Assembly: GCA_041615815.1 (NCBI GenBank)
Contig: JBFJCP010000019.1
Location: forward strand, 28,751 to 92,750
Direction: 5' to 3'
Length of the DNA stretch: 64,000 nucleotides
Source of the DNA: Gemmatimonadales bacterium
GTDB taxonomy: Bacteria > Gemmatimonadota > Gemmatimonadetes > Gemmatimonadales > GWC2-71-9
Below the pieces are notes generated by a model that saw only the letters and a program-made list of their open reading frames with translations, had not been told where the DNA came from and searched no databases. The translations under genes were made by a program, and so were the position numbers. Below are positions 32,792 through 41,062 of this stretch, piece after piece (the stretch's first letter is position 1; each line of letters begins with the position of its first letter).

Positions 32792-33447
32792 CGTGGTGCC
32801 GCGAGCACGAACTCTCCACCTTCCGGAATCGAGGCACTCATCTGATCGGTGCCAGAGGACCGGGAGCTCGGCGCCACCTCCCACCGATCGATCCCGACCG
32901 ATCTCCAGATGTCCAGGGCCGCGGCGTACGCATCCGCGGATGCGTAGGTGGGCGACCCGGCGACGACACTGAAGTCTCCGTAGCGCGCGAAGAAGAGCGT
33001 GGCGGTGGGACGAAACGCGTTCACGAACTCGAGGCCGGTTGGGCTGATGGTGAATCCGTACAGTCCCGCGCGGGGACTCACGGTCACCATCACCGAGTCG
33101 TTGGGCCCGAGCGGCTGCCCATTCAGGGCGGCGAGCGCCCCGGCCGGCACATCGAGCTGCATATAGGCCGTGATGGATCCGTCCGGGTGCGAGAGCACCC
33201 GAACGGTCGCGCGACTGTTCACCAGCCAAACATTGATGGGTGACGGTGCCGGTGCTCCGCCCTGTTGCGGGAGTAGGAGGAGCTCGCTCAAGCTGCGTGT
33301 GCCGGAGGGCGGTGCCAACGCATCGGTACATGCCGATGCCAGAGCCACGGTTGCCGCCAGCCCGAGCCCCCATGATATTGCCGGGCGATGCGCCGCGTAG
33401 CGTGCCTCACCACGATCCTCGGGCTCGTTGGACCGTCGGCCGCCCAT
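32788..33447 (-). CDS. Hypothetical lipoprotein (start uncertain)
   Basis: Hydrophobic stretch ending ALASAC lipobox; beta-rich body; stop overlaps trpE start. Confidence 0.55.
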   Translation of the reverse strand: MGGRRSNEPEDRGEARYAAHRPAISWGLGLAATVALASACTDALAPPSGTRSLSELLLLPQQGGAPAPSPINVWLVNSRATVRVLSHPDGSITAYMQLDVPAGALAALNGQPLGPNDSVMVTVSPRAGLYGFTISPTGLEFVNAFRPTATLFFARYGDFSVVAGSPTYASADAYAAALDIWRSVGIDRWEVAPSSRSSGTDQMSASIPEGGEFVLAAPR

Positions 33448-35424
33448 CCGCAGACCTGGAACGATTCTGCCACCGCGGCACTCGTCGACCGTGCCGTGGC
33501 GCGGCGCGCACGCGCCCTGGCCGATACCACCCTCCGGGACTATCGCGCTCGCGCGCATGGCTTTGTCTTCTTTCTGGGACAATTCGGTGAAGGGTTTGCA
33601 GAGCCGCCGCGGTTGGTGAAATCCGACGAGCTCGTGCTCGAAGTTTACTGGAAGGCGCCCGGGCGCAGCAAGCAACGCATTATCGGGTGGCGCGATCGTG
33701 AAGACCTTCCGACAGGCATCGAGTATCACCGCGATCATCTCGGCATCGTCCAAAACAACTTCGACAACCGCATTGGGTTGGGGCACGACGACGAGGTCCG
33801 CAACGTTCCCCATCCCCTCGCGCCGGATGGGCCCGAACGGTACGACTACGCGCTCGTCGACTCCCTCGCCATCCGGTTACCGGGTCGCGTCGTGCAGGTA
33901 CACGAACTGCTGACACGACCCAAGGAGCCGCGTACGCCCGGTGTGGTGGGCAGCCTCTACCTCGATGTCGCAACGGCCGAGTTGGTGCGATTCCGTTTCA
34001 ACTTCACGCGGGCGGCGTACGTGGATCCGTCGTTGGAAGACATCACCATCGTGCTCGAGAATGGATTGTGGAACGAGCGCTACTGGCTTCCACGGCGGCA
34101 GGACATCGAGATTCGGCGCCGCTCCACCTGGCTCGAGCTTCCCGCTCGGGGCATCATCCGTGGCCGGTGGGAGATTACGGATTACGCCTTCAACGTGGGC
34201 CTCGGGGACACCCTATTTGGCGGGTTCCCGATCGTGGCGGCTCCACAGGCCGAGCGTGATCGGTTCCGCTGGGAAACGCCGCTCGATGCGTCGATTCGGG
34301 GGGCGGTGGGACCAGTGGCGGGGGTCGATCTCGACGAGGTCCGTGCGAAGGTGCGGGACGTAGTTGCCGAAGGAGTCGTGTCTGGCTTGCCGACCGCGCG
34401 TCTCAGCGTTGGGGCGTTGTCCGATCTGCTGCACTACAATCGCGTGGAGGGCCTGACGCCCGGATTGGGGTGGGTGTTCCGTCCGCCGGGCGGTCCCGAA
34501 ATCCGCGTCTGGGGTGGGTATGGGATCTCGGATGATCGCCTCAAGGCTCGGATTGCGCTCGCGCGGTCGTTCGGGCGGTATACCCTCGAAGGAGAAGTAG
34601 CCCGCGTGATCGAGGACGTGGGCGACGCTCCCGTGATCGCCCCCCTCGTGAACTCCCTCGTTGCGCAAGAGCTCGGCGATGACTTTGGCGACTATGTCCT
34701 GGTCGAGCGCGCTCGCGCGACGCTGCGGCGTCGTTTTGGTCCGGGCAGCGCGATCTCGCTGACACTCGGGGTCGAGCGCCCTTCCACCGTAGGGGTGGAA
34801 GCGACGCCCGCCAGTCATGCTTTTCGTCCGAATCCGGCGCTTGGAGGAGGGATGTTTGGCGTTGGCATGGTCGAGGCACGGGCGAGGACGACGCGAGCCG
34901 GCGGGCTTCGGGCCGATGCGGGTGCAGCGATCGAGTTTGGGTGGGGTGAGGCATCGTACCGTCGGGTGCGCGCCCATGGATCCGTGGTCTTGGACGTAGG
35001 TGGCACGGAGGTTGTGGGCGAATGGGTGGCAGGATGGGCAAGTGTGGAGCTCCCGCCGCATCGGGCGTTCGTGTTGGGTGGACGCGGGACGCTGATGAGC
35101 ACGCCGTTTCGCCCCTGGGGCGGACGACGGCTTGCCCTGGGGCGGGTGGAGTGGCGGTTTGCATTTCCCTTCCCAGCCCTTCAATTGGGGAGCTTCGCCT
35201 CCACGGGCCCCCGGGCGGTCGTGGCGCCCTTTCTCGCCGTCGGTGCCGCAGGCGGTGACGTCCCCGGAACGCCCTGGGATTCGACATCCGGGGTTGTGGG
35301 GGTTGGAGGCGTCGCCGTCGAGCTGTTTCACCAGTTGTTGCGGATCGAAATCGGCGCGAGCCTGCACCGACGGGAGGCGGGAATCGTGCTCGACGTGCGT
35401 CGCGATCTGTGGGGCATTCTTTAG
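33388..35424 (+). CDS. Outer-membrane protein, probable C-terminal Omp85-like barrel
   Basis: Signal peptide; YNRVEGL; FVLGGRGTL; beta-strand-rich C-terminus. Confidence 0.6.
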   Translation: MRRVACLTTILGLVGPSAAHPQTWNDSATAALVDRAVARRARALADTTLRDYRARAHGFVFFLGQFGEGFAEPPRLVKSDELVLEVYWKAPGRSKQRIIGWRDREDLPTGIEYHRDHLGIVQNNFDNRIGLGHDDEVRNVPHPLAPDGPERYDYALVDSLAIRLPGRVVQVHELLTRPKEPRTPGVVGSLYLDVATAELVRFRFNFTRAAYVDPSLEDITIVLENGLWNERYWLPRRQDIEIRRRSTWLELPARGIIRGRWEITDYAFNVGLGDTLFGGFPIVAAPQAERDRFRWETPLDASIRGAVGPVAGVDLDEVRAKVRDVVAEGVVSGLPTARLSVGALSDLLHYNRVEGLTPGLGWVFRPPGGPEIRVWGGYGISDDRLKARIALARSFGRYTLEGEVARVIEDVGDAPVIAPLVNSLVAQELGDDFGDYVLVERARATLRRRFGPGSAISLTLGVERPSTVGVEATPASHAFRPNPALGGGMFGVGMVEARARTTRAGGLRADAGAAIEFGWGEASYRRVRAHGSVVLDVGGTEVVGEWVAGWASVELPPHRAFVLGGRGTLMSTPFRPWGGRRLALGRVEWRFAFPFPALQLGSFASTGPRAVVAPFLAVGAAGGDVPGTPWDSTSGVVGVGGVAVELFHQLLRIEIGASLHRREAGIVLDVRRDLWGIL

Positions 35425-35540
35425 ACCGCGTGTGTGGCACCCGCGGCATGATGCGTGTGTGCGGCAGTAGCGGCCATTTTGGGTTGAACGTAGTTTCCTA
35501 AATTACGACGAAACATTTGTGGTAGCACGGAGGTATCGCC

Positions 35541-37850
35541 GTTCGGTACTTCACCGATGAATGGCTGACCGCGACAGTCGAAGAGCTGGTCGGCCGCGAA
35601 CAGCTCGAGGAGATTCGGCAGGCGGACGCGGCAAGCGATTCGCTGTGGGAGACCGTCGTGCAGGCTGGCCTGGTCACGCACGAGCTGCTCGTGGCCGGAC
35701 TTTGCCAGCGCTGTCGGCTGCGCATGGCGCTGCTCGAGGACTCCGATCCCGCCGCACGGGAAATCGTTCCTGAGCAAGTTGCGCGTCGGTACAACATCCT
35801 TCCGCTTCGGGTAACGGACTCCACGCTGGAGATCGCTACCGCGAATCCGTTCGATCTCGACTGTGAAAAGACGCTTGCTTTCGCGACGGGACGGGAGGTC
35901 CGCATCCTCCTGGCCAGCCCGGTGGAGATCGAGCAAAAGATCGACGAGCTGTACAAGCCCGAAACGGTCATCGATCAGATCCTCGAGGGGATCGGGTCCG
36001 CGACGGAGGTGACGCAGCTCGAAGAGCACCCCTCGGATGCCGAGGAGATCACGGTTTCCGCTGAGGAGGCATCGCAGCGCCCGGTGGTACGCCTGGTGGA
36101 CCTCATTCTCTCCGAAGGCATTTTGGCCCGATCCAGTGACGTGCATATCGAACCCGAAGAGGGCGGTGTGGCGGTCCGCTATCGGATCGATGGTGTCCTT
36201 CGGCAGGTGATGAAGTTGCCTCGCGCGGCGGGACTTCCGGTCATCTCGCGAATCAAGATCATCTCGGGTTTGGACATTGCGGACCGGCTGCGCCCGCAGG
36301 ACGGGCGAGCCCGTGTGGCAGTGAACGGCGTGCCCGTCGATCTCCGGGTGTCGACGCTCCCCGCCGCGCTGGGGGAGAAGGTGGTGGTACGGGTTCTGGA
36401 TTCTTCGCAGACCGTACTCTCCCTCGACTCACTCGGACTCAGCCGGGAGGAATCCCAGAGTGTCAAGGAACTCCTGGCCAACCGCGACGGCGTGATTCTG
36501 GTAACGGGGCCCACGGGGTCGGGGAAGACGACGACGTTGTACTCGGCCATCCGGCATGTGCAGAGTGAGGGCGTGAACATCGTGACGGTCGAGGATCCGG
36601 TGGAATACCGGATGCAGGGAATCGTGCAGGTGCAGGTACACGAGAAGGCAGGGCTGACGTTTGCCTCGGCGTTGCGGTCGATTCTGCGACAGGATCCCGA
36701 CGTGGTCCTCGTGGGTGAGGTTCGCGATCGCGAGACGGCACAGATCGCGGTCCAGGCGTCGCTGACGGGGCATCTGGTGTTGTCCACTCTGCACACCAAC
36801 GACGCGCCGAACGCAGTGACGCGGCTAGTGGACATCGGGGTGGAGAGTTACAAGATCGCCAGCGCATTGCGGGGGGTGATCGCGCAGCGGCTCATGCGTC
36901 GACTCTGCCCAGCGTGCAAAGAAGTATGGGTCGAAGCCATTCCCTCGAAACTCCATCGATGGGTTCCGCCGGACACCCCGCTCTATCGGGCGGTAGGGTG
37001 CCCCGAATGCGCCATGACCGGGTATCGCGGTCGGCTCGCCATCATGGAAGTGCTCAAGGTCACACCAGAGGTGGAACGCCGTATCGGCGCGGGCGAGACC
37101 GCGGACCGTATCGCCGACGCCGGCCGGAAGCAGGGCATGAAGACGCTATGGGAGAGCGGACTTTCCCATCTCTTGCGGGGCGAGTCGACCATCGATGAGC
37201 TCTTGCGGGTGGTGGACGTGCCGCAAGAAGACGTGTCGGTCGAGCCGACGGGGCGGACGAGTGGGCCGCGCCCTCGTCCCGGGAAGGTCCGCATGAGTCC
37301 GGTGGACGGGACGCCGATCGCCACGGTAGTCGTGCCACCATCCCCTGTGGACGGCCGGGATGGACAGGGGGCGTCCCCCCCGCCACAGGCGGGAGGGGCG
37401 TTCGAGCTCTTGGAGCCCATGTACGGCGAGCCCGCCGCCGTGGCAAAGGGTGGTGACGACTCGACGGTGCTGCTCGTGGACGACGAGGACCAGCTCCGAA
37501 GGGTGATGCGGGATCTGCTCGAGCGGGACGGGTATCGGGTGATCGAGGCCCGGGATGGAGTCGAGGCGTTGGATCAGGTGGACCGGTATGCGCCCGACAT
37601 CATCGTGCTCGATCTCAATCTCCCCGGCCTAGATGGCTATGGCGTGTTATCGCACCTGCGGTCCCGGCCGGCGACAGCGCACATCCCGGTTGTCGTGCTC
37701 ACCGCCCGCGGAGACGAGGAGAACGAAGTCCGGGTCTTCGAGATGGGCGCTGACGATTTCCTCGCGAAGCCGTTTCGATCGCGCGCCCTCACGGCTCGTC
37801 TCCAAGCCGTTCTTGGGAGGACGCGCCGACCCTCCCGCCGAGACTCATAA
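35541..37850 (+). CDS. GspE/PilB-family secretion ATPase fused to a C-terminal receiver domain
   Basis: SDVHIEP, PQDGR, Walker A GPTGSGKT, EDPVE, LRQDPD..GEVRD, CPAC..CPEC; REC LLVDD..DLNLP..LTA..KPF. First canonical start is 35658; SD-supported GTT at 35541. Confidence 0.9.
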   Translation, partial: VRYFTDEWLTATVEELVGREQLEEIRQADAASDSLWETVVQAGLVTHELLVAGLCQRCRLRMALLEDSDPAAREIVPEQVARRYNILPLRVTDSTLEIATANPFDLDCEKTLAFATGREVRILLASPVEIEQKIDELYKPETVIDQILEGIGSATEVTQLEEHPSDAEEITVSAEEASQRPVVRLVDLILSEGILARSSDVHIEPEEGGVAVRYRIDGVLRQVMKLPRAAGLPVISRIKIISGLDIADRLRPQDGRARVAVNGVPVDLRVSTLPAALGEKVVVRVLDSSQTVLSLDSLGLSREESQSVKELLANRDGVILVTGPTGSGKTTTLYSAIRHVQSEGVNIVTVEDPVEYRMQGIVQVQVHEKAGLTFASALRSILRQDPDVVLVGEVRDRETAQIAVQASLTGHLVLSTLHTNDAPNAVTRLVDIGVESYKIASALRGVIAQRLMRRLCPACKEVWVEAIPSKLHRWVPPDTPLYRAVGCPECAMTGYRGRLAIMEVLKVTPEVERRIGAGETADRIADAGRKQGMKTLWESGLSHLLRGESTIDELLRVVDVPQEDVSVEPTGRTSGPRPRPGKVRMSPVDGTPIATVVVPPSPVDGRDGQGASPPPQAGGAFELLEPMYGEPAAVAKGGDDSTVLLVDDEDQLRRVMRDLLERDGYRVIEARDGVEALDQVDRYAPDIIVLDLNLPGLDGYGVLSHLRSRPATAHIPVVVLTARGDEENEVRVFEMGADDFLAKPFRSRALTARLQAVLGRTRRPSRRDS

Positions 37851-37859
37851 GTACAATAA

Positions 37860-37872
37860 AATCAATAAGTTA
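37860..37872 (+). promoter_or_regulatory. IHF-consensus site
   Basis: AATCAATAAGTTA matches WATCAANNNNTTR inside an AT-rich patch. Confidence 0.5.
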
Positions 37873-37885
37873 GAATGTCCCTAAG

Positions 37886-37940
37886 CCGGAGCACGGCTTG
37901 GTGCTCCGTTTGGTGCTCCGGTTGGTGCTCCGGATGCTCC
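37886..37940. repeat. Three direct TTGGTGCTCCG repeats (12-bp period), one inverted CCGGAGCAC and a degenerate fourth copy
   Basis: Copies at 37898, 37910 and 37922; inverted copy at 37886. Confidence 0.85.
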
Positions 37941-40085
37941 CTAGGGTCCTGTCGAGGTCTCCGGGCCAGCTCCCATCACCGCGGCCGCGGCGCTGCGGAG
38001 CTCCCGTATGTTGAACGGCTTTCGCAGATAGCGGCACCCCAGTCGCCGGAGCCATTCGTCCGTTTCGGGCCGCACGTCCCCGGTGAGGAATACGGTCCGG
38101 GTCTTGAGTTGCGGCTGTTGGGAGCACAGGAGATCGGCAAAGGTTTGGCCGGCGGTGACCGCCGCTCGGGGGTCGGCGAGAATGAGATCGTAGCGGCGGT
38201 GTTCGAGCAGCTCGGCGGCGTGTGCGGCGTTCCGGGCTGGTTCGACCCGCTGTTGGTCTTCGGCGAAAAGGGTTCCGATCATGCGACGCACGGCGGGATC
38301 GTCGTCGACCAGCAGGATCACGCGTTCCTGAGCGGCGGTCCGTTCGGCTGCGAGTTTCGCCGCCGGACGGGTCTGGCCATTGGCAGGTAGGATCTCAGGG
38401 GCCGGCTCGCGTTCGCGCACCGGCGCTGCCGGTAGGGCCACCACGAACGCGGCGCCTCCATCCAGCCCGCGCTCCACGGTGATGGTGCCCCCATGTCCCT
38501 CCACGATACCGAAGGTGATCGACAGGCCGAGGCCCGTGCCGCGACCGGGATCCTTGGTCGTGAAGAACGGGGTGAAGATCTGGGGCACGAGGTTCTCCGG
38601 GATTCCGGAGCCGCTGTCGCCCACGCGGAGCACCACCATCGAGCCTCGAGACTCGGTTTGCACCCGGACCACGCGGGGGCGATCTGGCGGGTTGTCACTG
38701 ACGGCCTGCACGGCGTTGGTGACGAGGTTGAGCACGACTTGCTGGATTTGGTAGCGGTCACCCATGACCATCGGGAGTCGCTCCGCGAGGCTGACGTCGA
38801 ACTCGATCTCCCGAAGCCGTAGCTCGTAATTGATCAACGCCGCCGCGCGCCGGACCACGTCGTTGAGGCCGATCGTGCCGACATCCGTGGGGCCTTTCCG
38901 GGCGAACGTGAGCAGATTGCGGACGATCTGCGCCGCCCGTTCGGCCTGTTCGTGGATGACCTTCAGGTGCTCGCGGTCTCGTTCGGCGGTGCCGGGCTGC
39001 TCCTGGAGAAACTCGGAGAGACCGACGATCGAGGTGAGGGGATTGTTCAGCTCGTGTGCGACCCCGGACACGAGCTGGCCGACGGCGGCCATCTTCTCGG
39101 TCTGAATCAACTGGGCCTCCATGGCCCGTTGTTCGGTCACGTCTTCGATGAGGGTGACGACCCATCCATGGGTGACTTCGCCCTCGATGCGGGAGGCGCT
39201 GATCTTCAAGACCCGATCGATCGAGTCGAAGCGGCGCGCCAGCGCCGGACGCCGCTCCCCGCAACGCACGGCCTCTAGCAACCCCGCGAGCTCGATGGAG
39301 CGGTCCAAGAGCTCGCCGGTGAGATTCTTACCAATGACCTCCGTCAGCGGCTTGCGGAGGAGTCGTGCCAAAGCGGGGTTGGCCCGGCGGATACAGCCCT
39401 GATGATCGACGACGGCGATGCCGTCATCGATGGCGTGGAAGGTGGTCTCCCACTGTTCCTTTCCACGGCGAATGAGATCCACGAGGCGGGCGTTCGCGAG
39501 CGTGATGGCCGCGTGCATGGCGACCGTGGACAGGAGCCGCAGATCTTCCGAGCTGAACGCACCCGGTTGTTCGCTCACCACCGCCACCGCTCCCACTGTG
39601 GCTCCGTGCGCGCGCAGTGGTGCGGCGATGGCGCGCCGCACGTCCATGCCCGCCAGCAACAGGGGGCGGTGTTCGCCGTCGAGCTCGGCCATTTCCAGAT
39701 GTTCGGCTCCCATGGCGGCACCGACGAGGCCTGCCTCTTGCTCGCTCACCTCGACACCAGCGAGTCGCGTGAGCGAGCCCTGCGCCGCGGCGACATGCAA
39801 CCGGGCCTCGCCTTCGGCCGCCAGCGCCACCAGCGATCCCTCGCAGTCGATGAAGCGGGCCACGTACCGTACCACCTGATCGGCAATCCGATCGATCTCG
39901 AGCGATTGCGATAGGGCGTACGAAAGCTCTTGGAGGGAAAAGAGCTCGCTGAGACGTCGCGAGAGCTGGCCGCGCGCATGTTCCGCCTCGGCGGCCAGCC
40001 GTTTGGCCCGCAGGCGCCCGATGAGGTAACTGCCACCCAGAGCGGCACCGATCGCGACGATCGCCGCCACGAGCCAGCCGGTCAT
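37941..40085 (-). CDS. Hybrid sensor histidine kinase (TM-GAF-PAS-HisKA-HATPase-REC)
   Basis: GVAHELNNPL, QVVLNLVTNA, DSGSGI, PFFTTK, GTGLGL; REC LLVDDD...KPF. Confidence 0.93.
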   Translation of the reverse strand: MTGWLVAAIVAIGAALGGSYLIGRLRAKRLAAEAEHARGQLSRRLSELFSLQELSYALSQSLEIDRIADQVVRYVARFIDCEGSLVALAAEGEARLHVAAAQGSLTRLAGVEVSEQEAGLVGAAMGAEHLEMAELDGEHRPLLLAGMDVRRAIAAPLRAHGATVGAVAVVSEQPGAFSSEDLRLLSTVAMHAAITLANARLVDLIRRGKEQWETTFHAIDDGIAVVDHQGCIRRANPALARLLRKPLTEVIGKNLTGELLDRSIELAGLLEAVRCGERRPALARRFDSIDRVLKISASRIEGEVTHGWVVTLIEDVTEQRAMEAQLIQTEKMAAVGQLVSGVAHELNNPLTSIVGLSEFLQEQPGTAERDREHLKVIHEQAERAAQIVRNLLTFARKGPTDVGTIGLNDVVRRAAALINYELRLREIEFDVSLAERLPMVMGDRYQIQQVVLNLVTNAVQAVSDNPPDRPRVVRVQTESRGSMVVLRVGDSGSGIPENLVPQIFTPFFTTKDPGRGTGLGLSITFGIVEGHGGTITVERGLDGGAAFVVALPAAPVREREPAPEILPANGQTRPAAKLAAERTAAQERVILLVDDDPAVRRMIGTLFAEDQQRVEPARNAAHAAELLEHRRYDLILADPRAAVTAGQTFADLLCSQQPQLKTRTVFLTGDVRPETDEWLRRLGCRYLRKPFNIRELRSAAAAVMGAGPETSTGP

Positions 40086-40928
40086 CTACGATGCCGCAGC
40101 GCGCCGCTCCGCTTCGAACGCTTCTCGGACCTCACGCGGCGCCGTGGCTTTGACCCGAACGGGCTTGGCCGGAATCCCCACGTACAACAACCAGGGACGG
40201 ACGTCCTTCGTCACGACAGCGCCGGTCCCCACCATCGCCTGCTCGCCCACGCGAACCCCGGCGAGCACGGTGGCGTGATACGTAATACGGACGCCCTCGT
40301 CGAGATGGGTCGCGGTGTCGGTGACATCGACCTGATCTTCGATGGAATGTGTGTGGCTGTAGATGTTCGCGTAGTCGGCGATCGACACCTTGTTGCCCAA
40401 AACGATGCCACCGCGGTCGTCGAGAAGCACATGGCGGTGGACCACGACGTTGTCCCCGACGTCCATGTTGTACCCGAAGGAGAATTCCACGAACTGAAAA
40501 CACTTGAAGTTCTCGCCACAGCGCCGAAACACGTGTCGCGCGAGGATACGGCGGAACCGAACCGCCACGTCCACGTTCCCACCACCCAGAGGTGAGCGGT
40601 CGAAGCTCTGCCAGAGCCAGAGGAGAGGCTTGACCCCAGCGTATTTCTCGGGGTCGATCTCGTGATAGTACTCGGGCTCGAGCGTGACGTTGTTGGGATC
40701 GAGCGCCAGCAGGGCCGCCCGCGTAGGGGCGGGGACCTTGGGGTCCGCGACGACTTCGTCGTAATCGGCGATGCCCGGATAGTAGAGGTGGAAGAGGGTC
40801 TCGCGGCACAGCGCAGCGCGGTCGCATGCGGGGTCAGCGAGGCGATCTTCGAGCCCGGCGAGCCAATCGGTACACACGCGGGCCGTCGGTCCCGGCAGTG
40901 TCAGTGGGCGCAGTGGTCGCAAGACCAT
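40086..40928 (-). CDS. Left-handed beta-helix (hexapeptide) acyltransferase
   Basis: Hexapeptide repeats; IYSHTH; VGTGAVVTKDV..GIPAK. Confidence 0.85.
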   Translation of the reverse strand: MVLRPLRPLTLPGPTARVCTDWLAGLEDRLADPACDRAALCRETLFHLYYPGIADYDEVVADPKVPAPTRAALLALDPNNVTLEPEYYHEIDPEKYAGVKPLLWLWQSFDRSPLGGGNVDVAVRFRRILARHVFRRCGENFKCFQFVEFSFGYNMDVGDNVVVHRHVLLDDRGGIVLGNKVSIADYANIYSHTHSIEDQVDVTDTATHLDEGVRITYHATVLAGVRVGEQAMVGTGAVVTKDVRPWLLYVGIPAKPVRVKATAPREVREAFEAERRAAAS

Positions 40929-40958
40929 TGGGGCCGGACACCTCCACGCGTTGCAGTG

Positions 40959-41027
40959 TTGACAGCGGGAAAGCCGAGCAATATGTTCGGCATACGGAAA
41001 TTACTTGAAACTGATTCTCAATCTCAA
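40959..41027 (+). promoter_or_regulatory. Sigma70 promoter with downstream Fur-box-like site
   Basis: TTGACA-N17-TATGTT (40959-40987); TTGAAACTGATTCTCAATCTCAA at 41005-41027. Confidence 0.65.
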
Positions 41028-41062
41028 TTGTCCCACTCCTGCTACGACATGCTACTTCCCAC

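Noticed and set aside
31298..33373. 691-aa extended trpE ORF
   Set aside because: The extension is an alternate frame over the lipoprotein gene; TrpE similarity starts at 32791
35435..35450. Sigma54 promoter TGGCAC before the GspE-like gene
   Set aside because: No TTGC at the -12 position
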